A stretch of DNA of 64,000 nt from Ginglymostoma cirratum. Lineage: Eukaryota. This document shows positions 1 through 14,318 of this stretch, in pieces. The notes under the pieces were generated by a model, which searched no databases, was not told where the DNA came from, and was given only the letters and a program-made list of their open reading frames with translations. A program made the position numbers and the translations under genes. Within the stretch, counting starts at the first letter, position 1, and each line of letters starts with the position of its first letter. The stretch spans positions 54,761,049 through 54,825,048 of the forward strand of contig JAHRHZ010000020.1 of assembly GCA_024137785.1 (NCBI GenBank), given 5' to 3'.

Positions 1-129
1 GACATGGTTCGTTTAGAACTGCAGTCGATGGCACAAACAAAGTAGAGCCATGATACTTACACGTCAGCAGTGGTTGGCCAGAGACAAGATTAATGGCAAA
101 GGCTGAGAACAGAGTGTCTCTTTATTACA

Positions 130-938
130 TAGAGAAGTGTAAGGCTCTGAGTTAGTTATTGAAGCAGGGTCAATATCCTCATATATATCCTCATCCAAGA
201 TTGCTTGGCCATGTTCAGTCAGGGTGAATGCTGCCATAAGAATTAAGAGATTCCTATCAACATCCTGGGACTTGCCATTGACCAGAAACTAATCCAGACT
301 AGTCATATAATTGTTGTGACTACAAGAGCAAGTCAAAGGCCAGGAATCTTGTGGTGAATAACTCACCCCCTGTCTCCCCAAAACTTGCCCTCTATCGACA
401 AGGCTCTAGTCAGGAGTTTGATGGAAAACTCCCCACTCTCCTGGATGGGTGGAGCTCCAACAACACTCAAGAAGCTTGACAGCATCCAGGTCAAAGCAGT
501 GACTGGCATCACGTCTACAAGCATCAATGCCCTCCACCACCTACAGTACAGTCTGTGAAAGGATACAGAGTTGGATCAGGAGCAGCAGCATGGACTATCT
601 TCAAGATGAGAAATTCATCAAAGATTCCTTAGACAGCACCTTCTTAACTCATGACCACTTCCATGAAGGATAAGAGCAGCTGCTAGATGGGAACACCAGC
701 AGCTTTAAGTTCCATTCCCAGTTATTCACCGTCGTGACTTGGAAATATATCACTGTTCCTTCTTTATCATTGGGTTAAATTTCTGAAGCTCCCTCCCTAA
801 CAGCATTGTGGGTGTCTCCACACCAAATGGACTGCAGCAGTTCAAAAAGGCAGCTCCCCAGCATCTTTTCAAGGGTGACTAAGGATTGCCAATTAATGCA
901 GGCCAGCCAGTGATGCCTAGAATCTATAATTGAATAAA
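130..938 (+). mobile_element. 3' fragment of a decayed CR1/L2-clade LINE
   Basis: Degenerate RT C-terminal-like sequence (tctatcgacaaggctctagtcaggagtttgatggaa). The 3' tail (...ggccagccagtgatgcc...gaataaa) is shared with copies at 11357-11670 (-), 42880-44250 (+) and with the SINE at 35768-36122. Confidence 0.7.
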
Positions 939-1949
939 GAAGATAAGATAGCTGAATGGCTACTTCACCAAGCTGGAGCAGCATCACAGTGATGCACATT
1001 GACAGTGTCAGAGAGACAAGTACATCAGTGCTGGGAGACAGGACAAACAGAAGTGCATTAAGAAGGTCAGTGAACAGTAACAGACTAGAGTTGGTGTTGA
1101 TATAATGAGTATTGAATGGGGAAGCTTGCAGGTCAGATGGGGCTTTGCAGAGCTGCCACAACTAGGGGAGGGTGAGGGGCAGAAGGTATAGGAAGTGGGT
1201 GGAGATTTGGTTGCATCCAAAATTCCATGCACCATATTTGGCATGAGGCCATTCTAAGGGCCTTCACCACCTCCACAAACCCCTTACCAAGGGAAGCCAA
1301 GAATCCCTGGTTTCAAGGACTTGGATAGTTTAGCTGCATCAGCTCAGGGAGCAGATAAGTGGCAGACCAGCAATGCTTGAAAGCTCACAGGTTTCAGTAC
1401 CATCCAGAAACACTGCATCATTTGGTTTTTGCACACACCCACCATCAGCACACATCACCAATGGACTGTTGCACATGTAGAATTGGCTATCCACTTAACA
1501 CTTAGACCCACAACAGGGGGTAGCAAAGGCAGTGACCACATGCATAAATATCTGCACTATCCATGCAGATATTGAGCCTTGCAGTCACATGCATGGCAGT
1601 TGTTGCTCCAGCTGAAGTCTCAAACGTGTGAAGATCTGTCAAGTTCCCAGAGGCAGCAAATCCCCATGTGCAAACAATGGAGCACTGCAGCCAGGACTGA
1701 GTGGCTGCCCCTTTCAGACTTGTGAATGAATGGATCCTCCTGTCACCCACATAGGTGAAGGTGGGCCAGAATGAGCCAGGCCACAGCAGGGTTAGTGGAA
1801 TCGGACCAGGGCCAGCTCATCCACCAGAGCAAGAAAAGCTGCTTTCTTTGTCCACATCAGCTTGAGACAGAAGAGGAACTCTTCACAGAGGCTACAGTCA
1901 GAATGTGCCCTGATTCATGGACTAGCACTGGGGAATAGTGCAGGTCACT

Positions 1950-2760
1950 GGGTGATATTAATACCGTGCAATGGTTGATAACAGTCAGTTGTTATATCTG
2001 CTGACTGGAAGGTCAGTAATAGTGAGGGACCCACCAGCAGCTTGTTGGTGAAGGCCTTTGTGCACAGTGGTCATGGGCAGACAGATAGGCTGAAGCTCTC
2101 TGAAGACAGGTCATCCCGTATCGGCTGTTGAAGAAAAAGTCTGATTATTTACCAACAGTGGAGAATTCAAGAGAGTTGGTCACAAAGTAGAGCTGCCTCC
2201 TATCAGTAGATGCAATGGGTCCAACACCATGCTTTTGGACAGTGTCGCTGAGGGCACTAGTATGCAGGCGGGAAATAGAAGGGGGCCAAGGACAAATATT
2301 TGGTGGAACTTCAGGGACTACAGCCCAGGAGGAGGAGGAGAAATCATTGTAAGTGGTATCCTGGCGACAGTTCGATAGGTAAGAACGGAAGCTGGCAAGT
2401 GCAGACCCACGCAGCCCCAGATGACTGGAGATGCTTTACGGGAGGATGTTGTGGTCGACTGTGTCAATTGGAGCAGGCAGGGATAGGGGAAATGAGGAGG
2501 GATTGACTACCTTTGCCATTGTCATGTAGCAGAGTGGTAAGAACTGACTAAGTAATGATGGAAGGGTGGTGGGAAAGATGGTCGTTTATAATGGAGAGGA
2601 GATTAGAACATGTACTCCAGCTCAACGATGCTGAAGTGGTCATACTATTTGACAGCTGAAAGCCTGGTGTGTTCAAAACAGCAAATGTCAGAGTTGAAGA
2701 CATTCAGAGGAGTAAAATATAGTGGTATGGGGATAACCGCAGTGTTAAAAGAAGCTAGAC
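1950..2760 (-). mobile_element. Old L2-like LINE RT fragment
   Basis: The reverse complement near 2280-2310 (gttccaccaaatatttgtccttggcccc) resembles the GVPQGSVLGP motif. The region is heavily decayed. Confidence 0.5.
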
Positions 2761-5700
2761 TCCTGCCCACACAAGTGGAACTGGGTGCATCATAAGGAGA
2801 TGTAGATTATAAGATGTAATGTGTGTGATCAGAAACTTTGAGAGGGATGTTGTGCGAAGGGTTACTGTGAATACGCGAATCAAAGTTTAAATCATGGTGA
2901 AACGATGCAAGATCACATGACTACGAGGAGATCTTTCTCTCTAGCATCTTTGTGGCAGAGGTGAAGATCCGACTTATTTATGATTTAGTGTTTACACCAT
3001 TTGAATAAAAAGATAATATTTGACCCTACGTCAGAAGCAATATGTATCTACCTCTCTCTCCTGGATCCAACCACAATGTGAAGGCGTGAGCGATAAATTT
3101 TGGCTTCGACAGTGATGGCAAGAATGAATACAGAATACTCGAGCAATATTCCTCAGCTCAAACCAATAGCTTTATTGGTCCAGTCTATGCTGTGCTTCAA
3201 ATGACTGCATTGTGACAAACAGCGAGGAGTGGGATTGCAATACAATGGTGAAGTGAATCCTCCATCCTCCTGGCATTGTAGAACCAAATAAACAGGTTTT
3301 AATGAACCTCCAGAAAGAACTCAACTCCAACATGGCAGCAAGTTACAGGAAACTGGCAAGAACAATTATAGAAATATCACCCAGCATTACGTCACCAATG
3401 CTTACTCACCAATGAGACTCAGAAATAGAGACAGTGAATTTAAAACAAAGTAAGTGACGCTGAACTTCTATAAACCGTTAGTTGGGCCTCAGTTGAAGTG
3501 TGGGTGACAATTTCAGGCACCACGCACTTGAAAAGATATAGAGGTCTGGCTAAAGGTATAAAGAAGCGAAGGTAAGAGTGTTTAGGAAACTGCAACGCAT
3601 GGAGGCCGGGGAAGCTGGGGTAGGTCATCTTAGAACAAAGAAGAAGGGAGATTTAATGTGAGGTGTTCAAAATGATGAGTGTAAATAAAGAGAAAATGTC
3701 CACTGAAACCATCCAAAGTTTGCCAATTTCTTCTTATCTGGCTGTCCTTGAAGTGAGGAAGACATCTGCTATGGCGTACAGCCCATGGTGAGGACCAGCT
3801 CATGGAGTTCTTTTAACATGGGGAGGCTGTTATGCTGCAGGGGTTCCAGCTGATTAAGAGAGACTTACAGATGTAAAAGTGGCTGGCAAAAGAAACAAGG
3901 AGAATTCTTCTTGTTTTTACACAGCAGCCCAGAGATTCATGTAGCTGCGATCATCATCGGTTTGCCAATCAATTGAACTTTCTCTGATTCAACACTGTTC
4001 CACATTTCTTAGCAGATCTTCCAAGCCTGGGTTTACCAGAAATGTGGAGCTACCATCCATTGTGACATTTCATCATGAAAGAGTCGAAACAGGGGAAGAA
4101 ACAGGACACATCAACTTTTCATGGCACTAGTCGTCACCTGGCAAGTTTAAATACTCTTATGATCCCAGCTAATGGTAATACTTGACTAGCAGATCCCAGA
4201 GTAAAACCTGGCTTGGTACGCCATTATTTTGCTACGGGAATGATCAAAGTCACAAGAAGCAGCCAACATGCCTTTAAAAATATCAAAGTTCATTACACAC
4301 TGATGGAAAATTCACACACTATTGCACTATATAAACCTTTTGAAGAAGTCTTAGTATAAATAAAGATTCAACACTTTCATCCTCAATAACAATCTTACAG
4401 GCACTCAAACCTTAGTGAAATGTCACCCTGTTTCTACTTTAAAAGTTACTTCTTCAATTGGGACGGCTGTGTTTGTTGCTTTGTGATAAATCTCTGCATT
4501 TACTTGATGTTTGCTTCTTTAATTAAAGTGTTTCCATGAAATCATTCAACTGCTAACAGAGCTCACTTATTTCTTAACATGGTTTCCTTGAACTCCTCTT
4601 TCACAATATTGTCTTTCTGGGCCTCTCTCTTACCTATATTAAACCATTTGGGAATTTTTTTCTCTTGTCCTGACTATTCTGGAGACTTTTAAACTATAAT
4701 GCTACTCTTGAAGCATTTCTTTCCTCTCTTAATGATCTGCTTTTATCTGAAAGAAACGTGTATACTCACTAACCTCTTGGATTGTTCCTTCTTTCTAACA
4801 CGAAGCTGTTTCTGCCTTTGTTTCCTAGAGTCATATGTAAACCTTGTTGCTAAGCTATAGCCCAATTTTTTGTATCCTCTCTTCTACCCTGGTTTTTCTA
4901 AAACACTGAACTATTCACCTCAAGGTTTTCTTTAATAGGCTTCATTGAAATGCATGTAAACAATTACAGACAGACCACCACCACCCACAGAACTCAAAAA
5001 TGAAAGTAAGTATTTTCCTTTTGAATCCACATAATATAGAAATGCAAATTAAAATTCAAGCCACATGTAGTCATTTTCTCATTAGAACTCAAGTTTCCAA
5101 ATAACAATAATAATGTCATGAACCTTCATTACATGTACCTACCGGAAAAAAAATGAAAGAGATAACTGTAAGAGATTCCTTCAATGTTATATTACATTTC
5201 CTCTTATCGCTATGTTCTATTTATAGAGATTTCACCTTGACCAGAAACAATATTCACATTAATTGTACAAGAACTTTCCATAAAGCTATTTTCTACTCAA
5301 GTCTAATTTGATCATAGTATTCATGTTCTTCCATGTTTGGTCTTAATAAAGTATCCACTACAATATTGCCTTTTCACGCAGTATAAATGCTTATCAAATT
5401 GTATGGTTTTAGCACTAAACTCCATTAAACAAATGGACGTTCTCTAATTCTTGCTACGGAATCTTTCTAGAAAAGTGAGAGGATTATGATCTACGTAGAC
5501 AATAGTATTTGTATAGTTGTTAGAAATGTAGATTTTAAAATATTGTAGAGCTAATGTTAAGCTCACAATTTCCATTCCATTAGTGAATCTTGCTGTCAAC
5601 ATAAAACTGGCTTAAAAAAAATTAACCGACTGGCTGTTTGATACACACCTTACCCTTGTGTGATAACATTGCACCTATACCAACTTTGCAAGTATCAATA

Positions 5701-6029
5701 GACAGTTTAAATAGTACAATTTGCTACTGTCAAAATTGGCCTAAGGGGCCACCAAAATGCTGAAATTTATATCACATTTCTGATATAACTGCTCACACCA
5801 ATTTATTGCAAACTTTTGTTCTTCATCTTAAGCATTGGCAAATCCAAGGTAGCCCACAAATTTACTTCCCTAGATCTACTTGGCCTCGTACTACAGTGTG
5901 GCCCAAATAAGCCACCTTCACTCTGACAAATTCACAACTGCATTTGGGACTAAATTGGCTGTTCCGTAATCAAACAATTCCTTAAGGTGTTGTAAATGAT
6001 CCTCCCAGGTTGGGTAACAAGAAAGAAAT

Positions 6030-9000
6030 CATCTTATGTACATAACAAATGGCATAATTTAGAAAGTTTGCAGTAAGTCAGCACCAGTGTGAAAGAGACT
6101 GGGAGAGTGCACCTGCCTGAGAGGGCCAATAGCAACAGTGGGAGGTAAAAATTGGGGTAGAGAGCCATTCAGGAGGCAGTCACATCACTTAGATTAATTA
6201 CGTCAAGTTTGGTCCGTAGTTAGAGACAGGAGGGTGTGATGGCGAGAGAAGCAGGTATTGTGATCCAGAATTTAGCTCCGGCCAAACCCTTTGGCCAATA
6301 GGTATGAGATTTTTGATCCTGATACGGGGCGAAGGCACAGGGAGGATGAGTGAACCAGACATGGCACTGTGGCACAGAGTGCCATTCAAGTGAGGGGACA
6401 AAAGAGAATAGTAGTAATAGGGGGCAGAGCAGTTAGGGGAATATAAACTGTTCTTAGCAGCAAAGATAGAGTTTCAAAGGCTGTATTACATGCTGGTGCC
6501 AAGGTTAAGGACTCTTGGGCTGGAAAGGAACTTGGAGTGGAGGGAGAAGGCTCCACTTGCTGTGGCCCACATAAATACTAATGATTGGTCGGATGGTGAA
6601 AAAGATTCTGCTGGGGGATTACAAGCAACTCAGGGCTAAATTTAAAAACAGAGCCAAAGGCAATAATCTACAGATTACTAACTGAGTCACGTGCAAATTG
6701 GCATACAGTAAATAAAATGAGAGAGACAAACGTGTGACACAAATACTGGCACAGAAGAAAGGGGTTCTAATTCATGGATATCAGTACTGGGGAAGGGACA
6801 ACTCTTCCACTGGTATGGGCTTCATTTGAGCCATGCTGGGATCAGTGTCCCAGTGAATCATAACTAGGGTTGTAGATAGGGCTTCAAATTAATTGATATG
6901 GGAAAAGCTCAATTGAAGAGACATCTACAAGTTCAGGAAGAAATGAGAGAGCAGAGGTGCACACAGCATCAATAGTAAGATAGATGGGTTGACAACACAA
7001 ATAGAAAAAGACAAATATAACTTGATAGCTATTACAGAGTTATGACCAGGAGCAGGAGCAGGAGGTCAATATTCAAAGGTATTCAACATTCTGAACAAAA
7101 GACGAAGGAAAAGGAGACAGGGCAGTGTGGTTAATAAACAAAGGTATCGGCTCAGTGGTGAGTAGTGATATCGATGCAATAGATTCAGACATGACATCAC
7201 TTTGGGTGGAAATAAGAAATGGCAACGGAAAGAAGTCACAGGTAGGAGTCATCCATAGATCCCTGAAGAATTGCCTCACCACAGTCCAAACTCTAAAGCA
7301 GGAAATAATGGAGGTATGTAAAAACGGATTGTCAAGGGTGATTTTACTTTGCATTTGAATGGACACAGCAGATGGACAAGGGTAAAATGGATGATGAATT
7401 TGGAGAATGCTTCAGCAACTGTTTCTTAGGTCAGTTCTTTGCATAATCGACCGGGAATAGGCCACTTCAGATCTATTAATATGTAATAAGGTAGAATTAA
7501 TAATGGATCTCATAGTTAAGGGGGTGAGTATCACAACAGGGCAGAATTTCACAATCAATATGAGGGAGAACACTCTCAAACAATTGCCCTTAACATAATT
7601 AAGGGTAATTGCAGAGGCATTAAGAAAAAGTCATGTAAAACAGGATGAGAAATTCGACTAAAGGGAAGATCAGTGGATGCGCAGTAGCTGATATTTCGAT
7701 GTTCAGTGAAAACGTATTCCCAATAAAAAGGACTCAGTGAGAAAAATGAACCACCCATGGTTAACAAAGGTAGTCAGGGAGAGTATCCACTTAAAACGTA
7801 AAGCATAAATAAGTGGGAGACTATGGGATTAGGAATTATTTTAGGAATCAGCAGTAGATGGCTAAAAAAAACTAATAAAAAGAGAGAAAATTGATTATGA
7901 AGGCAAATTGACAAGAAAAATAGAAACAAACAGCAAGAGCTTCCACAAGTTATATAAAAAGAAAAACAGTAGCTAAAGTGAGTGTAGCACTCTTGAAGGA
8001 TGTGACTGGGGAATTAATAATTGGGAACAGAGAAATGGTAAATTATTTAAACCAATATTTTCCCTATGTCTTCATACTGGACGACATTATATACATCTCA
8101 AAGATAATAGATAGGCAAGATATTAATAATGGGGAATGGCAGGAGAAGCTCTTATATCAATCTCTATCATGAGGCACAAAATATTTGACAAACTAATGGG
8201 AAAAAAGATAAACTTGTCACCAGACTTGATGGTCTACATCCAAGGGTGTTAAAAGAAGTTGCAGCAGAGATAGTGAAAGCATTGGGCAAATATTCCAGAA
8301 CTCACCAGATTTCAAGGGGGCTCCATTAAGTTGGGGAGCTGCTAATGTGACAACCCTATCCAAGAACAGAGAGAGACAGAAAGCAGGAACCTGTACATGT
8401 GTAAGCCTAAAATTTGTCGTTGTGGAAATGCTAGAGTCCATTATTAAGGAAGAAATAGTGGGGCATTTAGAAAAGCTTAATCAAAGAGTCAAATAGTTCT
8501 GACAAAGAAAAATCCTGTTTGACAAATTTGCTGGAGTTCTTTGAGGATATAGCAAGCTGAATTGATAAGAGAGAACCAGCAGATGGAATGTATTTGTATG
8601 TCCAGTAGGTATTAGATAGAGTGCCACATAAAATGTTATTGTACAATAGAAGAGCTCGCAGTATTGGGGGGTAACGTATTTTCATAGATTGAGGATTGGT
8701 TAACACAGAAGACTGTGAGTTGGGATAAATGGATCCTTTTCAGCTAGGAAAAGGAAACTACTGGCGTGCCGCAATCATTTATCATCCTGCATTAATGGCT
8801 TAGAGGGTGGGACTAGTGCAAATTTTCTGATGATATAATATTAGATGGCAGGCCATGTTGTGATGAGGGTATAAGAAGTCTGCAAAGACAAGTTTTCTTA
8901 TAACGCGATAGTTGCATTCTTGTGCGACCCCGCGCTATAGAAAATCGTGCTATAAGGAAGTCGCGTTATAGTGAAATCGCTATAGAAAATCATTATACTA

Positions 9001-10012
9001 CACAGCAGAAAGTTCGCATTATCCAAACAGTGTCCACCATTCATCTGCGATAACAAGGTGTAGAGCTGGATGAACACAATAGGCCAAGCAGCATCAGAGG
9101 AGCAGGAAGGCTGACGTTTCAGGTCTGGACCCTTCATCAATCGCATTACAGCCAATTCGCATTAACGAAACATGCATTACAGCAGAAATGCCTGTAGATA
9201 AGTTGAGTAAGTGGGTAAAAGCATGACAGATGGAGTTTAATGTAGGAAAATTTGAGGTCATGCACTTTGGAAGGAATAATCAAAAGGCAGACCCTTATTT
9301 AAATGGAGAGAAACTCCAAAAAAGTGCAACACAGGGGGATCTCTGTATTCTTGTTCATGAAACAAAAAAATAAGTTGGAGCAAGTAATTAAGGAGGGAAA
9401 ATAAACTTTGTCCTTTGTTACTGGTGGGGTGGAATTTAAAAGTAAGGAAGTCTTTTTATAACTGTACAGGGTTTTAATGAGAACTCACCAAAAGTACTGC
9501 TTACAGTTTGGTCCCCATGTTTAATAAAGGATATACTGGCATTGGAGGTAGTTCAAAATATTCAAAAGATAGGCTGATTCCTGGGATGAAGAGGTTGACT
9601 TATCAAGGATGGTCTGTACTCACTGGAGTTTAAAAGAAAAGGGAACGATCTTCTTGAAATATTCAAGATTCTGAGGTAGCTTAACAGAGCAGATGTTAAA
9701 ACTAATGCGAAACCTTGAAGCAGAGGACATAATTACAGAATAAGGAAACACTCATTTCAAAGTGAGATGCAAAGGAATTTCTTCTCTCAGAGGGTAGTGA
9801 ATGTTTAGAATTCTCTGGCCCAGAGAATTGTAGAACCTGAATCAATGAAAATACTTAAAGAAGATAAACTTTTGAAATATCAAGGAATTGAGTGCCATGA
9901 GGAGCTGGCACAAGGAAAGGTGAAGCCCTAGGCAAATCAACCATGATCATATAGATTCAGAAGCAGCTTGAGGGGCTCAATGGCCTACTCATGTTCCTCT
10001 TTCTTATGTTCT
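6030..10012 (+). mobile_element. Near full-length decayed CR1-type LINE (ORF1 esterase remnant plus ORF2 EN/RT), interrupted by a MITE and a Penelope end
   Basis: EN-like segment (SLWVEIRNGNGKKSQVGVIHRS), RT-like segments (aaatcctgtttgacaaatttgctggagttctttgag, reading KSCLTNLLEFFE), and a CR1 3' tail (ggcctactcatgttcct...tcttatgttctt). Many stops and frameshifts. Confidence 0.85.
8889..9194. mobile_element. Tc1/mariner (Tigger-like) MITE with an internal Penelope-terminus insertion at about 9049-9139
   Basis: Imperfect terminal inverted repeats (caagttttcttataacgcg / catgcattacagcagaaatgcctg followed by TA) and internal cgc(g/a)(t/c)tata repeats. It splits the CR1 LQRD/IDKLSEW region. Confidence 0.6.
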
Positions 10013-10019
10013 TGCCGAG

Positions 10020-11350
10020 ATCCTTTTAACAAGTCAATTTTTGTAACAAACTGCGTTATCCAATCCTCTCAACACAATCCTCGAGCTGTTGAATTGAACA
10101 TGAATCCGCCTTTGTTACTGGGATTACTTTGACAATTTATTTCCAATCATTGTGATCCATTTGGTTTTGGTACCACCACAGCAGATGAACTCCAGCTACT
10201 AACTTTCAATTCAATGACAAAGTTCAATGTCATTAAACATCATGAACTTGATTCCTCTCGTACTCTGAGAAACTTCTCTGGATTTGGTCTGTAAAGATGT
10301 TGTTTTATAGGTAACGCTTTTCCTACATTAACATCATATATAGTGAAAGATATTTTTCCTGGTTTATGTATAATATATAAACAATATATTATGTTTCTCA
10401 GTCTGTAACAGCTTTCAGAAGTCATTTTGAGAGCCAGCACAATATTTCATCCAAGTTTTCAAGAACCTCCACATTATTCAATCAGATTACTGAAGGGTCA
10501 ACATTAGAAATTTTATTTCTAATCATCCTCCAATCTTTCTGATATTTTTATTTCTCTCCCTACTCCTTTCACCGTAATAAATATATTTCTCTCTTGACGA
10601 TCCTTCTCGTTTTATGTATCATAGCATATTAACTTTGCTGAAATTTTCTGCTGTCTGGAGTATACACTGTATAATATACATCATTAATTTTCTTTCTAAT
10701 ATGAAAAAGATCCAGTGAACCTTGAGTTCCCCACATAGAAAGTTCTGAGGTTGGCTTACTCCAATTTTCATTGTTTATTGAGCACTCAAATGCTTTTCAG
10801 CCAACTTGCTTGCTTTGTTTAGTAACAAAGGATTGAAAATGTATTCTCTAGGGTTTAGTTTATCACATTTTCTTCAATTAATTTTGGGAGTCCTCTCACT
10901 TCATGTCCATACATCAGTTCAAATGGACTGAATTCTGATAGTGCTCGCCCAATGAGCCTAACAAGGGGATTCCTTTATCCCAATTGTTAAGACATTCCTG
11001 ACAATAAGCTCCATTCAGGCTCTTTAAAGTTTGATGCCATCTTTCTAAAGACCCTCTTGATTTTGGGTGATAAGCTGAAGATGTAAATTTTTTCATTTTG
11101 AAACTATTCATTGTCTATTTCAACACTGTGACACAAAGTTTGATTCTTGACCCGATTGTATTTTTTTGAGTAATTCAAATCTTACAGAAAATTGAAGCAA
11201 CTCTTCCAATATCATTTCTGTTGCAATTTCCCCAAAAAGTCACTGCCTCCTGAAATCTTGTTAAAATATTCATGACTTGTTAAAAAGCACTGATTCCCAC
11301 TCCTGGCTGTAGGATGGGATCCTATACAACCTATTAACATCTGTTAAATG
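10020..11350 (-). mobile_element. Gypsy LTR-retrotransposon pol relic with Gmr1-like order (integrase upstream of RT)
   Basis: Integrase core SSAYHPKSRGSLERWHQTLK..WDKGIP (10914-11111). Downstream on the same strand are the RT start PIKQHLYRPNP (about 10330-10280), SWSSSAVVVPKPNG and TKIDLLKG (about 10200-10020). Confidence 0.8.
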
Positions 11351-11356
11351 TCATTC

Positions 11357-11670
11357 TTAAAATTCTCTTCTAGGGTATGGACATCGCTGGCTGGCCAGCA
11401 ATGTTTTGCTGTTTGTCCCTAGTTGCCCTTTGAGAAGGTGGTGGTGAGCTGCCTTCTTGAACCACTGCAGTCCACATGATGTCAGTTGACCCACAATGCC
11501 CTTAGGGAGGGAATTCCAGGATTTTGACCCAGCAATAATGAAGGAATGGCAATATATTTCCAAGTCAAAATGGTGAGTGGCTTGGAGGGGAACTTGCAGG
11601 TGGTGGTGTTCCCATATACCTGCCGCACTTGTCCTTCCAGATGGGAGTGGTCATGAGTTTGGAAGGCACT
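11357..11670 (-). mobile_element. 3' end of the CR1/L2-clade LINE, abutting the Gypsy relic
   Basis: AGSKSWNSLP...GLQWFKKAAHHHLLKGQLG C-terminus, with the same tail as 130-938. Confidence 0.75.
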
Positions 11671-12454
11671 GTATAAAGATGGTTCGGAGGCTTTTGGGAT
11701 TGATAGCTGGAATACATGGGTTGTCTTACAAGGTGAGTTTGGACAAGCCTGACCTGTTTCCACTGCAGTGTGGAAGAATGAAGGATGACTTTTAAGATCC
11801 TGAAAGGTTTTGACAAGGTGGACATGCTCAGAAGAGTAACATTATTTGTGAGTCTAGAGCTAAGGCTCACTGGTAGTAGTCATCCACGTAGAACAGTGAT
11901 GAGAAGAAATTCTCTCTGAATGTTGCACAACTTTGGAAGTCCTGCGTCACATGCCACCTTTTTGCGAGGCAACAGTCCAATGTTTTTTCATCTCTTCTAC
12001 CTTTGTTTTTCAAATGCACTGAATTATTCATCTCAAGAGTTTATTTTTATCTTAAGGAAAGCAAACACATTTCCAGAAACCTCAGCATCACTCACAAAAC
12101 TCTAAAATGATACTGAAGCTGTTCTTCACTTAAGGGCCTCAATTGAGAGTGGGGTGGGAAGTCGATTATGGTCCTTTCCTGTGCCCCAATTTGGTTCAGG
12201 TACAGGCAGGGAGATGATACGGCTTGTTTCACACCCAACCCACTTAATGTAGTGCTCTCCCCATCTCTACGTCACCCCCCCAACTGGGAGCTGAAGATTC
12301 TGCCACACACTAAAATAGGCTTTCCAGTTCAACCATATATGTTGATATATAACCCCTCATGATTAGTAGTCATAAAGACATCCTCCCACCCTGTTACCTT
12401 TTCACATTATCACCAATTCTTCTTGCAAATCTTTTCTTTAAAATGTTAAATATC

Positions 12455-12715
12455 AGGATAAGGTGTCGCACATTTAAAACAGCAATGTGGAGGAATATCT
12501 TTTCTCAGAGGGCCATTAATCTGTGGAATTCTTTACCACACAGGGCTGTTGAGGTTGGACCATTAGGTATGTTTAAGGCTGAGATTGAAAATCTGTCCAT
12601 CTGTAAGGGAAGCAAGCGTTATGGGGAAAAGGCAGGAAGGTCGGTTGAGATCTCATTGAATGACCAACAGTTTTGAAGGGCCGAATGGCCTACTTCTCCT
12701 CCTATGTCTTATCGT
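12455..12715 (+). mobile_element. CR1 3' fragment
   Basis: FSQRAINLWNSLP...FKAEI motif and the tail gggccgaatggcctacttctcctcctatgtcttat. Confidence 0.8.
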
Positions 12716-14318
12716 AGAATCCCTGCAGAATAAAAGAAGGCCATTTGGCCCATCGGGTCCACACCCACCCTCTGAAGAGCATGTCAGCGAGCCCACTGGG
12801 TGCCCATAGTCCAACCTCCTCTATTTAATCCTCTATCTGTATGGTGGAGTTCATGTGCAGTGTCGTCACAGGGCAATCATAGGTGAATATATGTCATATT
12901 GGGGTTGTCAGTACATCTGTACACATATAGCAGAATGTGCTGTTGATAAAATTAATCAGCTCAATTGGAAAGAAGCCAGTCTGGAGTCTAGTACCGAGCT
13001 GAGTCAAAGTGTTGGTGGTCCGATGCTGACCTTCCCTTGAAGACATTTCCAATGTGTGTGGGCTGTGTCTGTGTCTGCCAAGAAACAGCAATGAATCATC
13101 TGCTATCCCCACAGTTCCAGGCATTGGTCTCATAATTCACTTGCCTCTGAATCAGATGATCATGGGCTCAAGTCCCGCTCCGGGATGCACCACTACGATG
13201 TATCTAAGGAAGGGGCGCTGTCCTCAAATAAGCAGAAGTTTATTGCGTGCTAGCAATAAATTCTGGAATAGTCACTGGAACCTTAGAGCATTGGCATAGA
13301 CACATCGGCTCCAAATGAAAGCAAAAGTACAACTCCATTTTGCCACCCACAGACTGAGTGTGACATCAGTAGAATGGCCTAGGTCAATGGAGCATGAACA
13401 TTAACCCCTTCAGAACAAGTACTTCATACATTGTTTCATTCAACAAGTTTTCCATCCCCATTCAGTAAGGTAATCCTTCTTTCCTTCTGTCACTTTCCCA
13501 TTTGCCATGTTTGTGTTGAGGTATGGAAGGGACGTTGGCCTGTTGCATAGTTTGAATACACAGGACAAATACCTTTATAACAAATAATCACCTTTCTGTG
13601 TGGAGTAATGATTTTGTTCAAGGAAAAGAAAGGGAATCTCTTGCAAATGTGGCTCACTTGAGTCTACTATCAATGCTAAGACTGAAGGTGCAAACTCTTC
13701 AAAGTTCTGGAGGTGTGTAAAGTTATTGGCATCCTCCTGGTCAAAGTCCAGGCCTAACTGTACTCAGTCCACTCCATACAGTTCAAAACCAGAAGCCAGA
13801 AGATGTAAAAAGGAGAAACAGAGTGGTGTAAAGGAAGAGAGAGAGGCTCTTAGTGCTAGGCAAGGACAGAGTCAAGGAATAAATACCTTGTTACCACTTT
13901 AGAACTGCTCTTCCATTAAAATAAATAGATGTCTGTTCTACCCATACCTTTTCGAAATGAGAGTGTGCAGGATTCATCCAGGTGAATATAATTGATTACT
14001 GCTGATTTCCTGGCTGTCATTTTGCTTTTTAGGAATTGAATCGCAGGCTCGGTTTGAGGAATAAGTGAATGCACGTTCAACACTCCCGACAAGACAGGGA
14101 TCTAAAAGAAAGAGAGGAAGTTGAGATTGGTACACACAACAATTACTATTTCTCACAGTTTTATTTTTGAGCTGAACCCGCAAACACCCATTTTACTAAA
14201 GATACAGTTTTTATCTTTTTCTTGACTGTAGGCACTTTTCTGATTTGTCATTAGTGTCATAGAGATGGACAACAGCCTGGTTATATCTGAAGAAGTCCCT
14301 AACTTCGACTTGGAGTCA

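Noticed and set aside
2801-3076. Possible small solo LTR (TGTAG...AATAAA...CCACA)
   Set aside because: There is no TSD or second copy, so the evidence is too weak to call.
3900-4135. Plus-strand acceptor-like sites followed by short open frames
   Set aside because: All frames close quickly and none resembles a protein I recognise.
13658-13760. Short minus-strand open frame (LGLDFDQEDANNFTHLQNFEEF...) ending at CAA|gtgag
   Set aside because: The acceptor context is poor, and I found no recognisable homology or partner exons.
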